This document shows positions 20,200 through 30,169 of a stretch of DNA of 64,000 nt, piece after piece; position 1 is the stretch's first letter, and each line of letters begins with the position of its first letter. Source of the DNA: Bdellovibrio sp. (lineage in GTDB: Bacteria; Bdellovibrionota; Bdellovibrionia; Bdellovibrionales; Bdellovibrionaceae); NCBI GenBank assembly GCA_036676395.1, contig JAKFCY010000002.1, positions 2,336,001 through 2,400,000 on the forward strand, written 5' to 3'. Both the position numbers and the translations under genes were made by a program. The notes beneath the pieces are model-generated. The model saw only the letters and a program-made list of their open reading frames with translations. It had not been told where the DNA came from and ran no database searches.

Positions 20200-21365
20200 G
20201 ACTGCCCACCTTTGTAATGCCTAGGCACTCGCTCACCGACAGCCGTTAAGACTTCCCAGGTGATAGTTTCAGCCGCCTTCGCGGTTACTTCGGCGCTTAA
20301 AAAATTTCCTGCCGGATCATAACCGAACAAAATAACTTCTTCTTCGTCAAATTTCTGCGTGTTCGAATTTTTAACAACATCTGTTACATCTAACATTAAA
20401 AAATCCATGCAAATGCGGCCTACGATTGGAACTTCTTGGCCTGCAAAAAGAGCGCGACCGCGATTACTTAATAACCGGTGTACACCATCGGCATAACCAG
20501 CAGGAATTACTGCAATCGTTGAAAGTTTATCGGCTTTCCAGGTAGCGCCGTAAGAAACAGACTCGCCGGCATGTAACTGACGAATATTATTCACCATCGA
20601 TTTAAAGGTCATCACAGGTTTTAAATCCATACTGTTTAACTTTTCTGACGGCGAATAACCATACAACATTAAGCCAGGGCGAAATCCCCAGTTCGTTTTA
20701 TTTAAAAAATGTTCTGGATTATTTTTCACCACAGGTTCAGCTAGACTGGCAATGCCGCCTGAATTTAATAAATGCGCCCAGACATCTTCATCCTTAAAAT
20801 AAGAATGAATTTCAGAGAGCTGTTTTGCCTGCGCTGCCGATTGACCATCAATTAAAACAGCATCTTCACCACAGTAAAAATGGCTTAAAATTGCACGCAG
20901 TTTTAATTTTTTTGAATTTTTAAAATAAGTTCTTAATTTTTCGGCCTCAAGAGGAGAAAAACCTAAACGGTTCATTCCGGTATTAAACTTTAAATGAACC
21001 TTAATCGGTTCATCAGCCACACTCTCTAAAGCTATGATTTGCTCCCACGTGCTGACTACCGGAGTCATCTGTGCATCAAAAATTTTCTGAGCTCCTTGTT
21101 TATCAAAACCACGAAAGACTAAAATTTTTGATTTGATGCCATAATTTCTTAAAAGTAAGCCTTCTTCAATCAGGCAAACTCCTAAATGATTTGTGCCTAG
21201 GTTTTCTAAATGCTTTGCCACTTCAAGATCACCGTGGCCATAAGCATTTGCTTTCACCATCGGACAGACAAAGCGCCCTTCGCCAGCCACTTTTTTAATT
21301 TGAAAAAAGTTATGACTTAAATGATCTAAATTAATTTCAGCAAACGTGCGGCGGAACATTTCCAT
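20196..21365 (-). CDS. alr: Alanine racemase
   Basis: VKANAYGHG (PLP lysine), TGMNRLG, VSYG, GYADG, GRICMD. Confidence 0.96.
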   Translation of the reverse strand: MEMFRRTFAEINLDHLSHNFFQIKKVAGEGRFVCPMVKANAYGHGDLEVAKHLENLGTNHLGVCLIEEGLLLRNYGIKSKILVFRGFDKQGAQKIFDAQMTPVVSTWEQIIALESVADEPIKVHLKFNTGMNRLGFSPLEAEKLRTYFKNSKKLKLRAILSHFYCGEDAVLIDGQSAAQAKQLSEIHSYFKDEDVWAHLLNSGGIASLAEPVVKNNPEHFLNKTNWGFRPGLMLYGYSPSEKLNSMDLKPVMTFKSMVNNIRQLHAGESVSYGATWKADKLSTIAVIPAGYADGVHRLLSNRGRALFAGQEVPIVGRICMDFLMLDVTDVVKNSNTQKFDEEEVILFGYDPAGNFLSAEVTAKAAETITWEVLTAVGERVPRHYKGGQS

Positions 21366-21370
21366 ATTAG

Positions 21371-22828
21371 TTAGGGCTCCACTACAAAGTCAGGCTTATG
21401 TTCAGGGGGTGATTTATAAAAACAAATTTTATCGCCACCTTTCTGAGAAATAAAATTTAAAGCTCGCGTAGCGCTTTCATCAAGATCAAACGCATTACGG
21501 GTTAAGGTTGGGTATTCGCTAATGCCTTGGCTAATTGTGATACTTACTCCGGCACGCACCAGATTTTCTTTAATCATACCCTGACGAAGACGGTCAGATC
21601 TTAAAGCTGCACCTTTACGGTTACAGTTTGTTAAAATCATCGTGAATTCATTTTCACCTGTTCGGCATAAATAATCATTTAAACGAGACGTCGCCTTTAT
21701 CACTTCTGATACAGCCAGTATTATCTGATCAGCGGCGGCGCGACCAAGGCTTGCTTCAAGTTCGGCAAACTTATCAATAGATACTTTAATTAATGATAAC
21801 GGAACAAAACCACGTTTACTGCGATCGACTTCGCGCTCTAATACACGTGAATAAAATAACTGATTATAAAAACCCGTTAAATGATCTTCGATATCAAGCT
21901 GTTTTGGCTCTGCTTCGTAAACATAAAGCGTGTAAACTAAACTCATTAAGGAAAAATCTTCGGCCACTTCAGCAGAAATGTCTTGAGTCGTAATTAAAAT
22001 GCCTTCGATCTTATCGCGGATGATCATCGGTAAAAATTTAACACGGTCGGTGTCAAATTTACGTTTAAGGTAAGTGCCAAAGGCTGCCGGCAATGTGCCA
22101 GTTAACAGTTGCGGCATAAAATCGCTGTCTTTGCTGTTCACTTTATACGATAAACCTTCAACCCATGCTTCAGGTACACCAGCAAACGATACACATAAGA
22201 AAGTTTCAATACTTGGAACATATTTTAAATAGATCCAAGATTGGGTTGGTGTTTGGCTGTAAAATGTATTTAATAAATCTTCTTTAGATGTTGCTGATTT
22301 GTATTCAGCAATACGCAATTGGTACGGGCGCACTTCAGGCGCCTGGCGTTCGCTGGTTAAAGTGTTTTGCACTTTTTCACGAGCCGAAGTTTCTTTTTGT
22401 AAATCTTCAGCGAGCTGTTCATTTTGGTAAGTGCGAAAAATAATTTCACAGATATTATCAACCGATTGCAAAACTTGCTGATCTACCGCTGGTTCAGCTG
22501 CATTAAAAACACTATAAACATTAAATTTTTTATAATTTTTAAAAGCAGCAATTTGATCAGCAGGCGCCAAAAAGATAAATTTAATTTCTTTAGAGGCCTG
22601 CAGCGATTTTTGAATAAATTCATGCGGCGCAAGTAATGAACCGCGAATATCAAAAATCACCACATGCGGCGGGCTATCTTCGATGCGAAATAATTGTTCA
22701 TCCACATCAGCAAAATAATAATTTTCGTATTCTGCGGCAGTTAGCGCGTGTTTAATCTGCGTCCCTAAATTTACATCTTGGGTAAATATCGAAACGCTAA
22801 ACTGCGAGGCAAATTCTCTGATATTCAT
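21371..22828 (-). CDS. cdgA: Degenerate GGDEF protein (GENEF) with intact RxxD I-site and N-terminal REC-like domain; CdgA-like c-di-GMP receptor
   Basis: DHLTGFYN; RLND-YLCRT-GENEF aligns with RxxD-x5-GGDEF; resembles the GVNEF protein CdgA of Bdellovibrio. Orthology is inferred, not tested. Confidence 0.7.
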   Translation of the reverse strand: MNIREFASQFSVSIFTQDVNLGTQIKHALTAAEYENYYFADVDEQLFRIEDSPPHVVIFDIRGSLLAPHEFIQKSLQASKEIKFIFLAPADQIAAFKNYKKFNVYSVFNAAEPAVDQQVLQSVDNICEIIFRTYQNEQLAEDLQKETSAREKVQNTLTSERQAPEVRPYQLRIAEYKSATSKEDLLNTFYSQTPTQSWIYLKYVPSIETFLCVSFAGVPEAWVEGLSYKVNSKDSDFMPQLLTGTLPAAFGTYLKRKFDTDRVKFLPMIIRDKIEGILITTQDISAEVAEDFSLMSLVYTLYVYEAEPKQLDIEDHLTGFYNQLFYSRVLEREVDRSKRGFVPLSLIKVSIDKFAELEASLGRAAADQIILAVSEVIKATSRLNDYLCRTGENEFTMILTNCNRKGAALRSDRLRQGMIKENLVRAGVSITISQGISEYPTLTRNAFDLDESATRALNFISQKGGDKICFYKSPPEHKPDFVVEP

Positions 22829-24528
22829 CCTTTTTCTGGCCTTCTGATTTTTACTTTTGTTTGATCGGCTTTTTTATTTTCAGTAGTTTCGATGTCGATA
22901 ACAGGATCTTCAATAATCGACATCTTTTCATCTAATTTAATTTTAGCCGGCTGCATTTCTTTTTCGATATTAATTTTCGTTTCACTGACTGGCGATTCGT
23001 CATCCAATGATAAAAGCGCATCGATATCCAAATCATTTTGCACAGGATTAACAGGCTTAACCTCTGACAATTTAAACTCGCTATCATCAACATCGTTTAA
23101 TTCAAAGCGCATCTCAGCCGGAGCCGCAGTATTTACCAATGGCACAACCGGCTCGGCTGTAACTTCTGGGCGAGTAAAGCTAAATCTGAAGATCGACTCA
23201 CCAGCGCTTGATGCCACTTGCGAAAACTCGGCATTAGCTTCCATAAGCACAGGCACAATAGCTTCATGTAAATTAAGTTTTTCAATCGGCGCTTGAATTT
23301 CTAAAACAGTTACGCGCTCAACATCGTACGAGCGAAGCTGAATGCGTTTTTTACCATCTGGCAAAATCGTCGCCACATTTAACAACACATTTTCAAAGAT
23401 TTTAATGAATTTTGGATAATCTAAAAGCACTGTTTCGCCAGACACGAATTCTTTTTTAATCACAACGCCTAGTGATTTAAGCTGGCGGTCTAAATTAAAA
23501 ATCGCCTGTTGTACGCAAGCCTGAACTTGAATTGGAACAACTTGCGCATCAACATCAAATTCAAGCGGTATATTTATTTGTGGTGGCGCCGTTGGCTTTA
23601 AATTCGAGTGTCGCGCCATCGGCTGGGGCACCGGCGCGGCAGCTGCAAGCCCAATTCCTATGGATTCTGCTTCCATGACAGGTTTAACTGACGCTGGCGC
23701 GGCTTGTGCGTACTCAGGTTTAGCCACAAAAAGCAGAATACCCGACATTAAAAATCCAAGACCTACGATAATTCCAAGCATTGAAAAGGGAATATCAAAA
23801 TTTGATTGCGCTTTTTTTGATGTATAACTTAATAAATTTAAATTTGTACCGCGCAATTCTTGGCGGTCGACAAAAAAGTTTTTTTCAGAAACTTTGTTTT
23901 CATCAGAAAGGTTTCCGACATATTCGTACTCGGTGTGCGCAGCTACGGTTTTATCAGCGGTTAATAAAACTTGAGTGATTGAGCTTGTTCGCTGTAAATC
24001 AAAAAATCTTTGAAAGTAACTGATATCACCGACAACCATGACCCCGCTGCGTGGTTGATTGTTTCTTTTTTCGCGATCAAAAACAGTTATCGCCAAATGC
24101 ACTAAGCCACTGGCATCTTTAAAAGTTTGCACACGCAACAAGTGGTTGCCAGAAACCTTGGCGTTTAAATTTTGCTGTAAAGTTGTCGAATTCCAACGCT
24201 CAGCCACAGAGCCTGATTGCAAAAACAGTTTATTCACCGCTAGACGGTTTGCAGAGTCTTCTTGCACAACAGCCAAGGCGTAAAAGGGCTTAAGCTGAAC
24301 CCAGTTAATTTTCGATTCGTCTATTTGCACGGTGTATGTGCTTAACGTATTACGCAATTGTGAAATCTGGCTCACTAATGAGGAACGCAAAGCTGTTAAT
24401 TGAGTTTGCAACTGATTTTGTTTAGCTGAGACTTTTTCAGCGCGATAAGTTTCATTTAATTTCCATAGCGCAATGCCTACGACAAGAAAAATTAACGCAA
24501 TACTGGAATAAACGGTTTTTAACTTCAT
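22825..24528 (-). CDS. Two-TM sensor-like protein with degenerate HATPase-like domain and acidic tail
   Basis: TM, periplasmic domain, TM; N-box-like KIFENVLLN; no recognisable H-box or DxGxG. Confidence 0.55.
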   Translation of the reverse strand: MKLKTVYSSIALIFLVVGIALWKLNETYRAEKVSAKQNQLQTQLTALRSSLVSQISQLRNTLSTYTVQIDESKINWVQLKPFYALAVVQEDSANRLAVNKLFLQSGSVAERWNSTTLQQNLNAKVSGNHLLRVQTFKDASGLVHLAITVFDREKRNNQPRSGVMVVGDISYFQRFFDLQRTSSITQVLLTADKTVAAHTEYEYVGNLSDENKVSEKNFFVDRQELRGTNLNLLSYTSKKAQSNFDIPFSMLGIIVGLGFLMSGILLFVAKPEYAQAAPASVKPVMEAESIGIGLAAAAPVPQPMARHSNLKPTAPPQINIPLEFDVDAQVVPIQVQACVQQAIFNLDRQLKSLGVVIKKEFVSGETVLLDYPKFIKIFENVLLNVATILPDGKKRIQLRSYDVERVTVLEIQAPIEKLNLHEAIVPVLMEANAEFSQVASSAGESIFRFSFTRPEVTAEPVVPLVNTAAPAEMRFELNDVDDSEFKLSEVKPVNPVQNDLDIDALLSLDDESPVSETKINIEKEMQPAKIKLDEKMSIIEDPVIDIETTENKKADQTKVKIRRPEKG

Positions 24529-24651
24529 TTTGCTTCTTGCATCCTTGCTAAAAGACTATCACTTCTATTCTGTTTTGTTTCAGAAGATAGTGCAACAATT
24601 TCTCATACAAATTACTTAGACAATTTAGGTTTCTGGGATTACAAAGCTTGC

Positions 24652-26295
24652 ATGACAAAACTGAATGTGAAACACCATGCAGAAATTATGATTGTAGGCT
24701 CTGGAGTTGCGGCTCTGAGTATGGCTTTAAAGGTAGCCGATACTAAATCTGTTTTTATCGTCACCAAAGATAAAGGCCCTAATAGTAATTCGGCCATGGC
24801 TCAAGGGGGCATCGCTTCGGTCACTGATCAATCCGACAGCTTTGAAAGCCACATTCGCGACACCGTCATTGCAGGCGCTGGCCTTTGTGATCTTAACGCC
24901 GTGCGTGACGTTGTTATGCAAGCTCCTGAAAGAATTAAAGATTTAGTTAATTGGGGCGTTGAGTTTGATCCCGAACTTACACGCGAAGGTGGCCATTCAG
25001 AACGCCGTATTTTGCATTTCGAAGATCAAACAGGTGCAGAAATTCATCGCAAACTCTGGAACAAAGTAACCTCGCATCCAAACATTCAAATTTTTGAAAA
25101 TCACTTTGCCATTGATCTGATCGTCAACAAACAGGTCGATCCCACCTTAGTTGGTCCGACCGCAGTTATTGGCAGTTATGTATTAAACAAACTTACTGGT
25201 GATGTTGAAGTGTTTACGGCCAACACCACGATTCTTGCCACTGGCGGAGCCGGAAAAGTTTATCTTTACACCTCGAACTGGGGTGGGGCAACCGGTGATG
25301 GTATCGCCATGGCTTACCGAGCGGGTGCGCGCGTTGCTAATTTAGAATTTATGCAATTTCATCCGACCTGCCTTTACCATAAAGATTCACGCAATTTTTT
25401 AATTAGCGAAGCGGTACGCGGTGAAGGCGGAGAATTAATCAATGCTAAAGGCGAAGCTTTTATGCGAAAAATTCACCCGCTGGGTTCACTTGCTCCGCGT
25501 GACATTGTCGCTCGCAGTATTGATGCCGAGATGAAAAAATCAGGCGAACCCTGCGTATTCTTAGATATCTCACATCGTGAAGGTGAATTTGTAGAATCAC
25601 ATTTTCCAACTATTCATGCGCGCTGTTTAGAATACGGCATCGACATGACTGAAAAACCAATTCCCGTTGTTCCTGCAGCACACTATTTATGTGGTGGCGT
25701 GAAAACTACAACATCAGGAAAAACAGATATCGTAGGTCTTTACGCTATTGGTGAAATTGCCTGCACCGGCTTACATGGCGCCAATCGCTTAGCTTCAAAT
25801 TCATTATTAGAATGTTTAGTGATGTCGCATAATGCTTCGGTTGAGATTGCACAAAATTGGAATGAACTCTCTGCTGCCACAAAAACTAAAACTGAACCGA
25901 AAGCTTGGACCAAACCGGATGAAACCAACCAAGATGAAATGGTTGTGATCAATCACATGTGGGAAGAAATTCGTCGTTTGATGTGGAACTATGTCGGCAT
26001 TGTGCGTTCAACAAAACGTTTAGAACGCGCGCAGCACCGTCTGCAAAACATCATGCAAGAAGTAAAAGAATATTACTCGAATATGAAAATGCACAGTGAT
26101 ATTTTAGAACTTCGCAATATCGCCATCGTTGCAGATCTAACGGTGCAATGTGCATTACAAAGAAAAGAATCGATCGGCATTCACTACTCGCTGGATTACC
26201 CGCCAAGTGAATTACCTTCCTTAAGTCCAGACACTTTAGATTTACAGACCTACTCTAAAGGAAATGACACCGTTTTACTGCGCGGTTTGAATTAA
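24652..26295 (+). CDS. nadB: L-aspartate oxidase
   Basis: IVGSGVAAL, AQGGIA, REGGHS, QFHPT, HYLCGG, GLHGANRLASNSLLE. Confidence 0.95.
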   Translation: MTKLNVKHHAEIMIVGSGVAALSMALKVADTKSVFIVTKDKGPNSNSAMAQGGIASVTDQSDSFESHIRDTVIAGAGLCDLNAVRDVVMQAPERIKDLVNWGVEFDPELTREGGHSERRILHFEDQTGAEIHRKLWNKVTSHPNIQIFENHFAIDLIVNKQVDPTLVGPTAVIGSYVLNKLTGDVEVFTANTTILATGGAGKVYLYTSNWGGATGDGIAMAYRAGARVANLEFMQFHPTCLYHKDSRNFLISEAVRGEGGELINAKGEAFMRKIHPLGSLAPRDIVARSIDAEMKKSGEPCVFLDISHREGEFVESHFPTIHARCLEYGIDMTEKPIPVVPAAHYLCGGVKTTTSGKTDIVGLYAIGEIACTGLHGANRLASNSLLECLVMSHNASVEIAQNWNELSAATKTKTEPKAWTKPDETNQDEMVVINHMWEEIRRLMWNYVGIVRSTKRLERAQHRLQNIMQEVKEYYSNMKMHSDILELRNIAIVADLTVQCALQRKESIGIHYSLDYPPSELPSLSPDTLDLQTYSKGNDTVLLRGLN

Positions 26296-26332
26296 TTTTT
26301 GACTTCATTTTGTCCTCGGTTAGACTTGAGGT

Positions 26333-27184
26333 ATGAAACGATCTGAATCATTTTTTCGCGGCTATGACCAAACTAAATTATACTTACAAAAATGGGATGC
26401 AGATAATTCTTGCGGCACTATTTTATTTAATCACGGCCAAGCTGAACATTCTGATTGTTACAACCGCCTGATTGACGGCTTTCAAAAAAGTGAACAGGGC
26501 AAAAACTGGAGCTTTATCGGCTGGGACATGCGCGGCCACGGAAAATCTGAAGGCATGCGCGGTTATGCCAAAGATTTCGATGAGTATGTTTTAGATTATC
26601 ATTTGTTCTTAGATGAATGTTTAAAAATCGATTCGGTCAAAAACAAACCGGTGATGTTACTAGGTCATTCAATGGGTGGCTTAGTTCAATCTTGCGCTCT
26701 TCGTGAAAAGAAATATGATCAATTTAAAGCCCAAGTATTAAGTTCACCGTTATTTGGCATTAGCCAACCGATCCCCGCCTGGAAAGAATCAGGTTCTGAA
26801 ATTTTAAATGCGTTATTACCCAAAGTGACTTTAGGTAATGAAATTACAAATGAACAATTAACTCGCGATCCTGATGTCATTAAAGAATATGAACAAGACA
26901 CTTACCGCCATAATAAAATTTCAGCTGGAGTATTTTTAGGATTTAAGCGCGAATTTGATAAAATCACATCTACTGCCGGCAGCATTACTTTGCCGACGTT
27001 ATTGCATATTTCTGATAACGACCCGGTAGTGTCGACTGCGCAAGCCCAATTATTTTTTGAAAATTTAGCCACCACAGATAAGGTTTTAAAAATTTATGAC
27101 GGCGGCAAACACGAACTTTATAACGATATCGTGCGTGATGATGTTTATAATCTAGTTATTGAATTTATCAACAAACATAAATAG
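26333..27184 (+). CDS. Alpha/beta hydrolase, lysophospholipase/monoglyceride lipase family
   Basis: HGQAEHS, DMRGHGKS, GHSMGG nucleophile elbow, catalytic D (NDPVV) and H (KHELYN). Confidence 0.88.
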   Translation: MKRSESFFRGYDQTKLYLQKWDADNSCGTILFNHGQAEHSDCYNRLIDGFQKSEQGKNWSFIGWDMRGHGKSEGMRGYAKDFDEYVLDYHLFLDECLKIDSVKNKPVMLLGHSMGGLVQSCALREKKYDQFKAQVLSSPLFGISQPIPAWKESGSEILNALLPKVTLGNEITNEQLTRDPDVIKEYEQDTYRHNKISAGVFLGFKREFDKITSTAGSITLPTLLHISDNDPVVSTAQAQLFFENLATTDKVLKIYDGGKHELYNDIVRDDVYNLVIEFINKHK

Positions 27185-27197
27185 GAAAATTCCAGCT

Positions 27198-27779
27198 ATG
27201 AAAAACTTTTTATTATTAATTTTACCTTTTATTGTTTTAAGTTGTATTCACCGCCTACCGACTCCTGAGGGCATTAAAGATATTTCAACTTCTGAATACG
27301 AAGACATTGTTGAAGCTAAAACTAAAAAAACCGAAGTTTATGATGGCCTTTATAATAAACTGACGGTGCAAACTACCCGTTTAGACGCTGATATGAGCGA
27401 AAATTTGGTGGCTTACCAGGCCAAACTTGGCCAATGGAGTTTAGAAAAATACAAAGAAGAAAAAGCTAAAATCATCGCCAAACATTCTGACAGCACAGAA
27501 GTTTTTATGAGTTTTTTTACCCCTGAACGTAAACATGATGATTTACATACGAAAAGAACTACTTGGAAAGTTTATCTTGAAGTTGGTGGTCAACGCTACG
27601 AAGGTAAAATCACTAAAATCAAAGGTCTACAGCTAGACATCGAATCGATTTACCCACACCATAATCGCTGGTCATCACCCTATTCAGTACTGTTTCCGGT
27701 ATCTACGCCTGCGACTGATGGCAAGCCTGTGGTTATTACGGTTACGGGCCCATTGGCAACTACGCAGCTAGTGTACTAA
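27198..27779 (+). CDS. Hypothetical lipoprotein
   Basis: Start reassigned to MKNFLLLILPFIVLSC (lipobox) with AGGA upstream. Confidence 0.7.
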   Translation: MKNFLLLILPFIVLSCIHRLPTPEGIKDISTSEYEDIVEAKTKKTEVYDGLYNKLTVQTTRLDADMSENLVAYQAKLGQWSLEKYKEEKAKIIAKHSDSTEVFMSFFTPERKHDDLHTKRTTWKVYLEVGGQRYEGKITKIKGLQLDIESIYPHHNRWSSPYSVLFPVSTPATDGKPVVITVTGPLATTQLVY

Positions 27780-27864
27780 TTACTGTACAAAATCATTACA
27801 GGCGAAATGCCCGTCCCCTTTTGTTAGAACGAATACAGCTAAAAAAAACAAAGGGGAGACTTTT

Positions 27865-28266
27865 ATGAAAAATTTATTCATCGCTTTAATGGTTTCAGCA
27901 ACGGCATCTACGGTTATGGCCCAGACTGCTGATATGATCACAGTTCGCTACAACTGCAAACAGGCTGTACCGAATAAAAAAGTTGCAACGAAAGTGCAAA
28001 TGCTGACTGGCGGATTCGCCGGATTAACAGAAATTCGTGTTTATAAAATCTCGAAAGAAAAAGTAACCTTAGATAAATACTATGTAAAACAAGATAAACC
28101 AATTCCTGGCTTAGCCGGTGGTGCTACGGTTTACCGCGGCCAGGATGGTATGTCTTTTAGTATTAACCAAACTACAAATCCAATGATGTCACGTAAAGCG
28201 ACTTTAGTAGAAGAAGATGGCAAAGCCACGGCCCTACTTTGTGATTTAAATAAAAAGAAAAACTAA
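27865..28266 (+). CDS. Small secreted hypothetical protein
   Basis: Signal peptide ending ...STVMA; two Cys; AGGGGAG RBS. Confidence 0.7.
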   Translation: MKNLFIALMVSATASTVMAQTADMITVRYNCKQAVPNKKVATKVQMLTGGFAGLTEIRVYKISKEKVTLDKYYVKQDKPIPGLAGGATVYRGQDGMSFSINQTTNPMMSRKATLVEEDGKATALLCDLNKKKN

Positions 28267-29135
28267 GAAATCTCTTTCGGAGCCTGCTGTTTATTTTTTA
28301 ATAACAGCAGCGCTACCAGCGTAGCTAAATACGGCAACATCTGGATAAATTCGTTCGGAATTTTCACATTTAAATTCATATTTTGTAATTGAATCTGAAT
28401 TGCTTCAGCAAAACCAAAAAATAAAACCACAATCCACGCTTTACGCAAATTCCAGCCGGCAAAGATCACCGCGGCTAACGCGATAAACCCGCGGCCTGCG
28501 CTCATAAGTGGTGAATAACTTGAGGCTAAGTATGTTGATAGAATGGCGCCGCCGATTCCTGTGATCAACGCACCTAAAGTAACAGCTTGCCAGCGACGTT
28601 TGATGGGTGAAATACCGACACTGGTTAAAGCTTCAGATTTTTCGCCGGCGAATTTAATTTGTAAGCCAAAACTAGATTTTTCGGCAATCCAGTAACAAAG
28701 CGCAAGCATTAAAACAGTCACAACGCTGACCATGATTAATGATTGGTTAAGGGCTGCTTCTGAAGTATCAATGGCCGGAGTTGAACCTGTTGATTCAAAT
28801 AATGTTTTACTGACGATTGGAATTAACCCCATCGCAAGTAGATTCATGCCGGTTCCAACAACAATTGAGTTGGCTTTAAATTTAAAAATTAAAATATTAA
28901 AAATTTGTGCAAACGCAGCTGCAACCAAGGCTGCTGCTACATAACCTACTACTAACGAGTTTGTTTGAAAACTGACTGCGGCTGCGGTGAAAGCACCAAT
29001 TAATAAATACGCCTCTAGTCCGATCTGTGCGACTCCCGATTTTTCAGAGAAATAACCGCCGCTGGCTGCAAATAAAATCGGTAACGACATCCGAATGCTG
29101 GCTAGAATTAAACCTAAAAGAATTTCAGCACTCAT
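28263..29135 (-). CDS. Nucleoside/simple-sugar ABC permease (NupC-like)
   Basis: SEKSGV..IGLE, GRGFIALAAVIF and MLPYL motifs. Confidence 0.85.
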   Translation of the reverse strand: MSAEILLGLILASIRMSLPILFAASGGYFSEKSGVAQIGLEAYLLIGAFTAAAVSFQTNSLVVGYVAAALVAAAFAQIFNILIFKFKANSIVVGTGMNLLAMGLIPIVSKTLFESTGSTPAIDTSEAALNQSLIMVSVVTVLMLALCYWIAEKSSFGLQIKFAGEKSEALTSVGISPIKRRWQAVTLGALITGIGGAILSTYLASSYSPLMSAGRGFIALAAVIFAGWNLRKAWIVVLFFGFAEAIQIQLQNMNLNVKIPNEFIQMLPYLATLVALLLLKNKQQAPKEIS

Positions 29136-30169
29136 GACTTCTTCCTTCTATGATTTAAATAAACGGCTCCGGCAACACAGAAAATAATAATGGCTTGCAA
29201 CACTTTAGAAAAATCGCGGGTCAAAAATTGTGTTTCTAAATCAAGGTCAGAAGCCCCTTTATGAAGAACAGCCATAATAAAACTAGAAAATAAAATGCCG
29301 ATGGGATGCCCTTGGGCTAATAGCGCAACGACGATTCCTAAAAACCCATAGGCCGGAGAAAAGCCGACTTTGTATTGAAAAGTACTGCCTAACACTTCGG
29401 TTAAACCTACAAGGCTTGAAAAAAAGCCGGCAATTCCCAGAGCTAAAAAATTTACTTTTTTAGCCGAGATACCCATGCGTTCTGCAGCTGTTGGATTTTC
29501 GCCGAAAGCTTTGATTTCTAAGCCCCATTTAGTTTTAGTTTCAAAAAACCAAACCGCTAAACAACTGATTACTGCCACAATTAAAAAACTACTCACGGCT
29601 GAGTTTTCAAAAAATACTTTTAGGCTATCGCTTTTTGCAATTTGAAAGGCTGGTTTAATTAAAGAACTTTCAGGGTTTTGTGATTCAGTGTTTTGGTAGT
29701 TTTGCAAAACCACATACGTTGCAATCGCTGCAAAAACAAAATTAAGCATGATGGCCACGACAACTTCATGGCCTTGTTTATACACTTTAAAAAATGCAAT
29801 CGCCTGTGCGCTCAGAACCCCCAGCACCATGGTGGCTAAAAAAATTAAAATAATACCGAAAGTGCCAATTGATTCAGGTAAGATAATTCCCATTACGGCA
29901 GCCATCATTGCAGATAGAACAATCTGCCCTTCAGCACCGATATGAAATAAGCCGGCTTTAAATGGAATTGAAAATGCTAAGCCTGCAAAAGCAAAACAAG
30001 TTGTGTAGAACATCGTTAAACCCATGTCGAATTTACTTTGTAAAAAGCTTCCGCTTAAGACTTTAAGTACATCACCTGGGTTTTCTTTAAATAACAAAAC
30101 TAGAATACTGCTGATCGCAACACCAACAAAAAAGCCGATCAAACTAGAAAAATCGATACGTTTCATCAT
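29132..30169 (-). CDS. Nucleoside/simple-sugar ABC permease (NupB-like)
   Basis: FKAGLFHIGAEGQ, HEVV..IMLN and GFLGIVVALL motifs. Confidence 0.85.
   Translation of the reverse strand: MMKRIDFSSLIGFFVGVAISSILVLLFKENPGDVLKVLSGSFLQSKFDMGLTMFYTTCFAFAGLAFSIPFKAGLFHIGAEGQIVLSAMMAAVMGIILPESIGTFGIILIFLATMVLGVLSAQAIAFFKVYKQGHEVVVAIMLNFVFAAIATYVVLQNYQNTESQNPESSLIKPAFQIAKSDSLKVFFENSAVSSFLIVAVISCLAVWFFETKTKWGLEIKAFGENPTAAERMGISAKKVNFLALGIAGFFSSLVGLTEVLGSTFQYKVGFSPAYGFLGIVVALLAQGHPIGILFSSFIMAVLHKGASDLDLETQFLTRDFSKVLQAIIIFCVAGAVYLNHRRKKS

Noticed and set aside
21371..22828. Active diguanylate cyclase
   Set aside because: The active site reads GENEF rather than GG(D/E)EF, so it is treated as a receptor.
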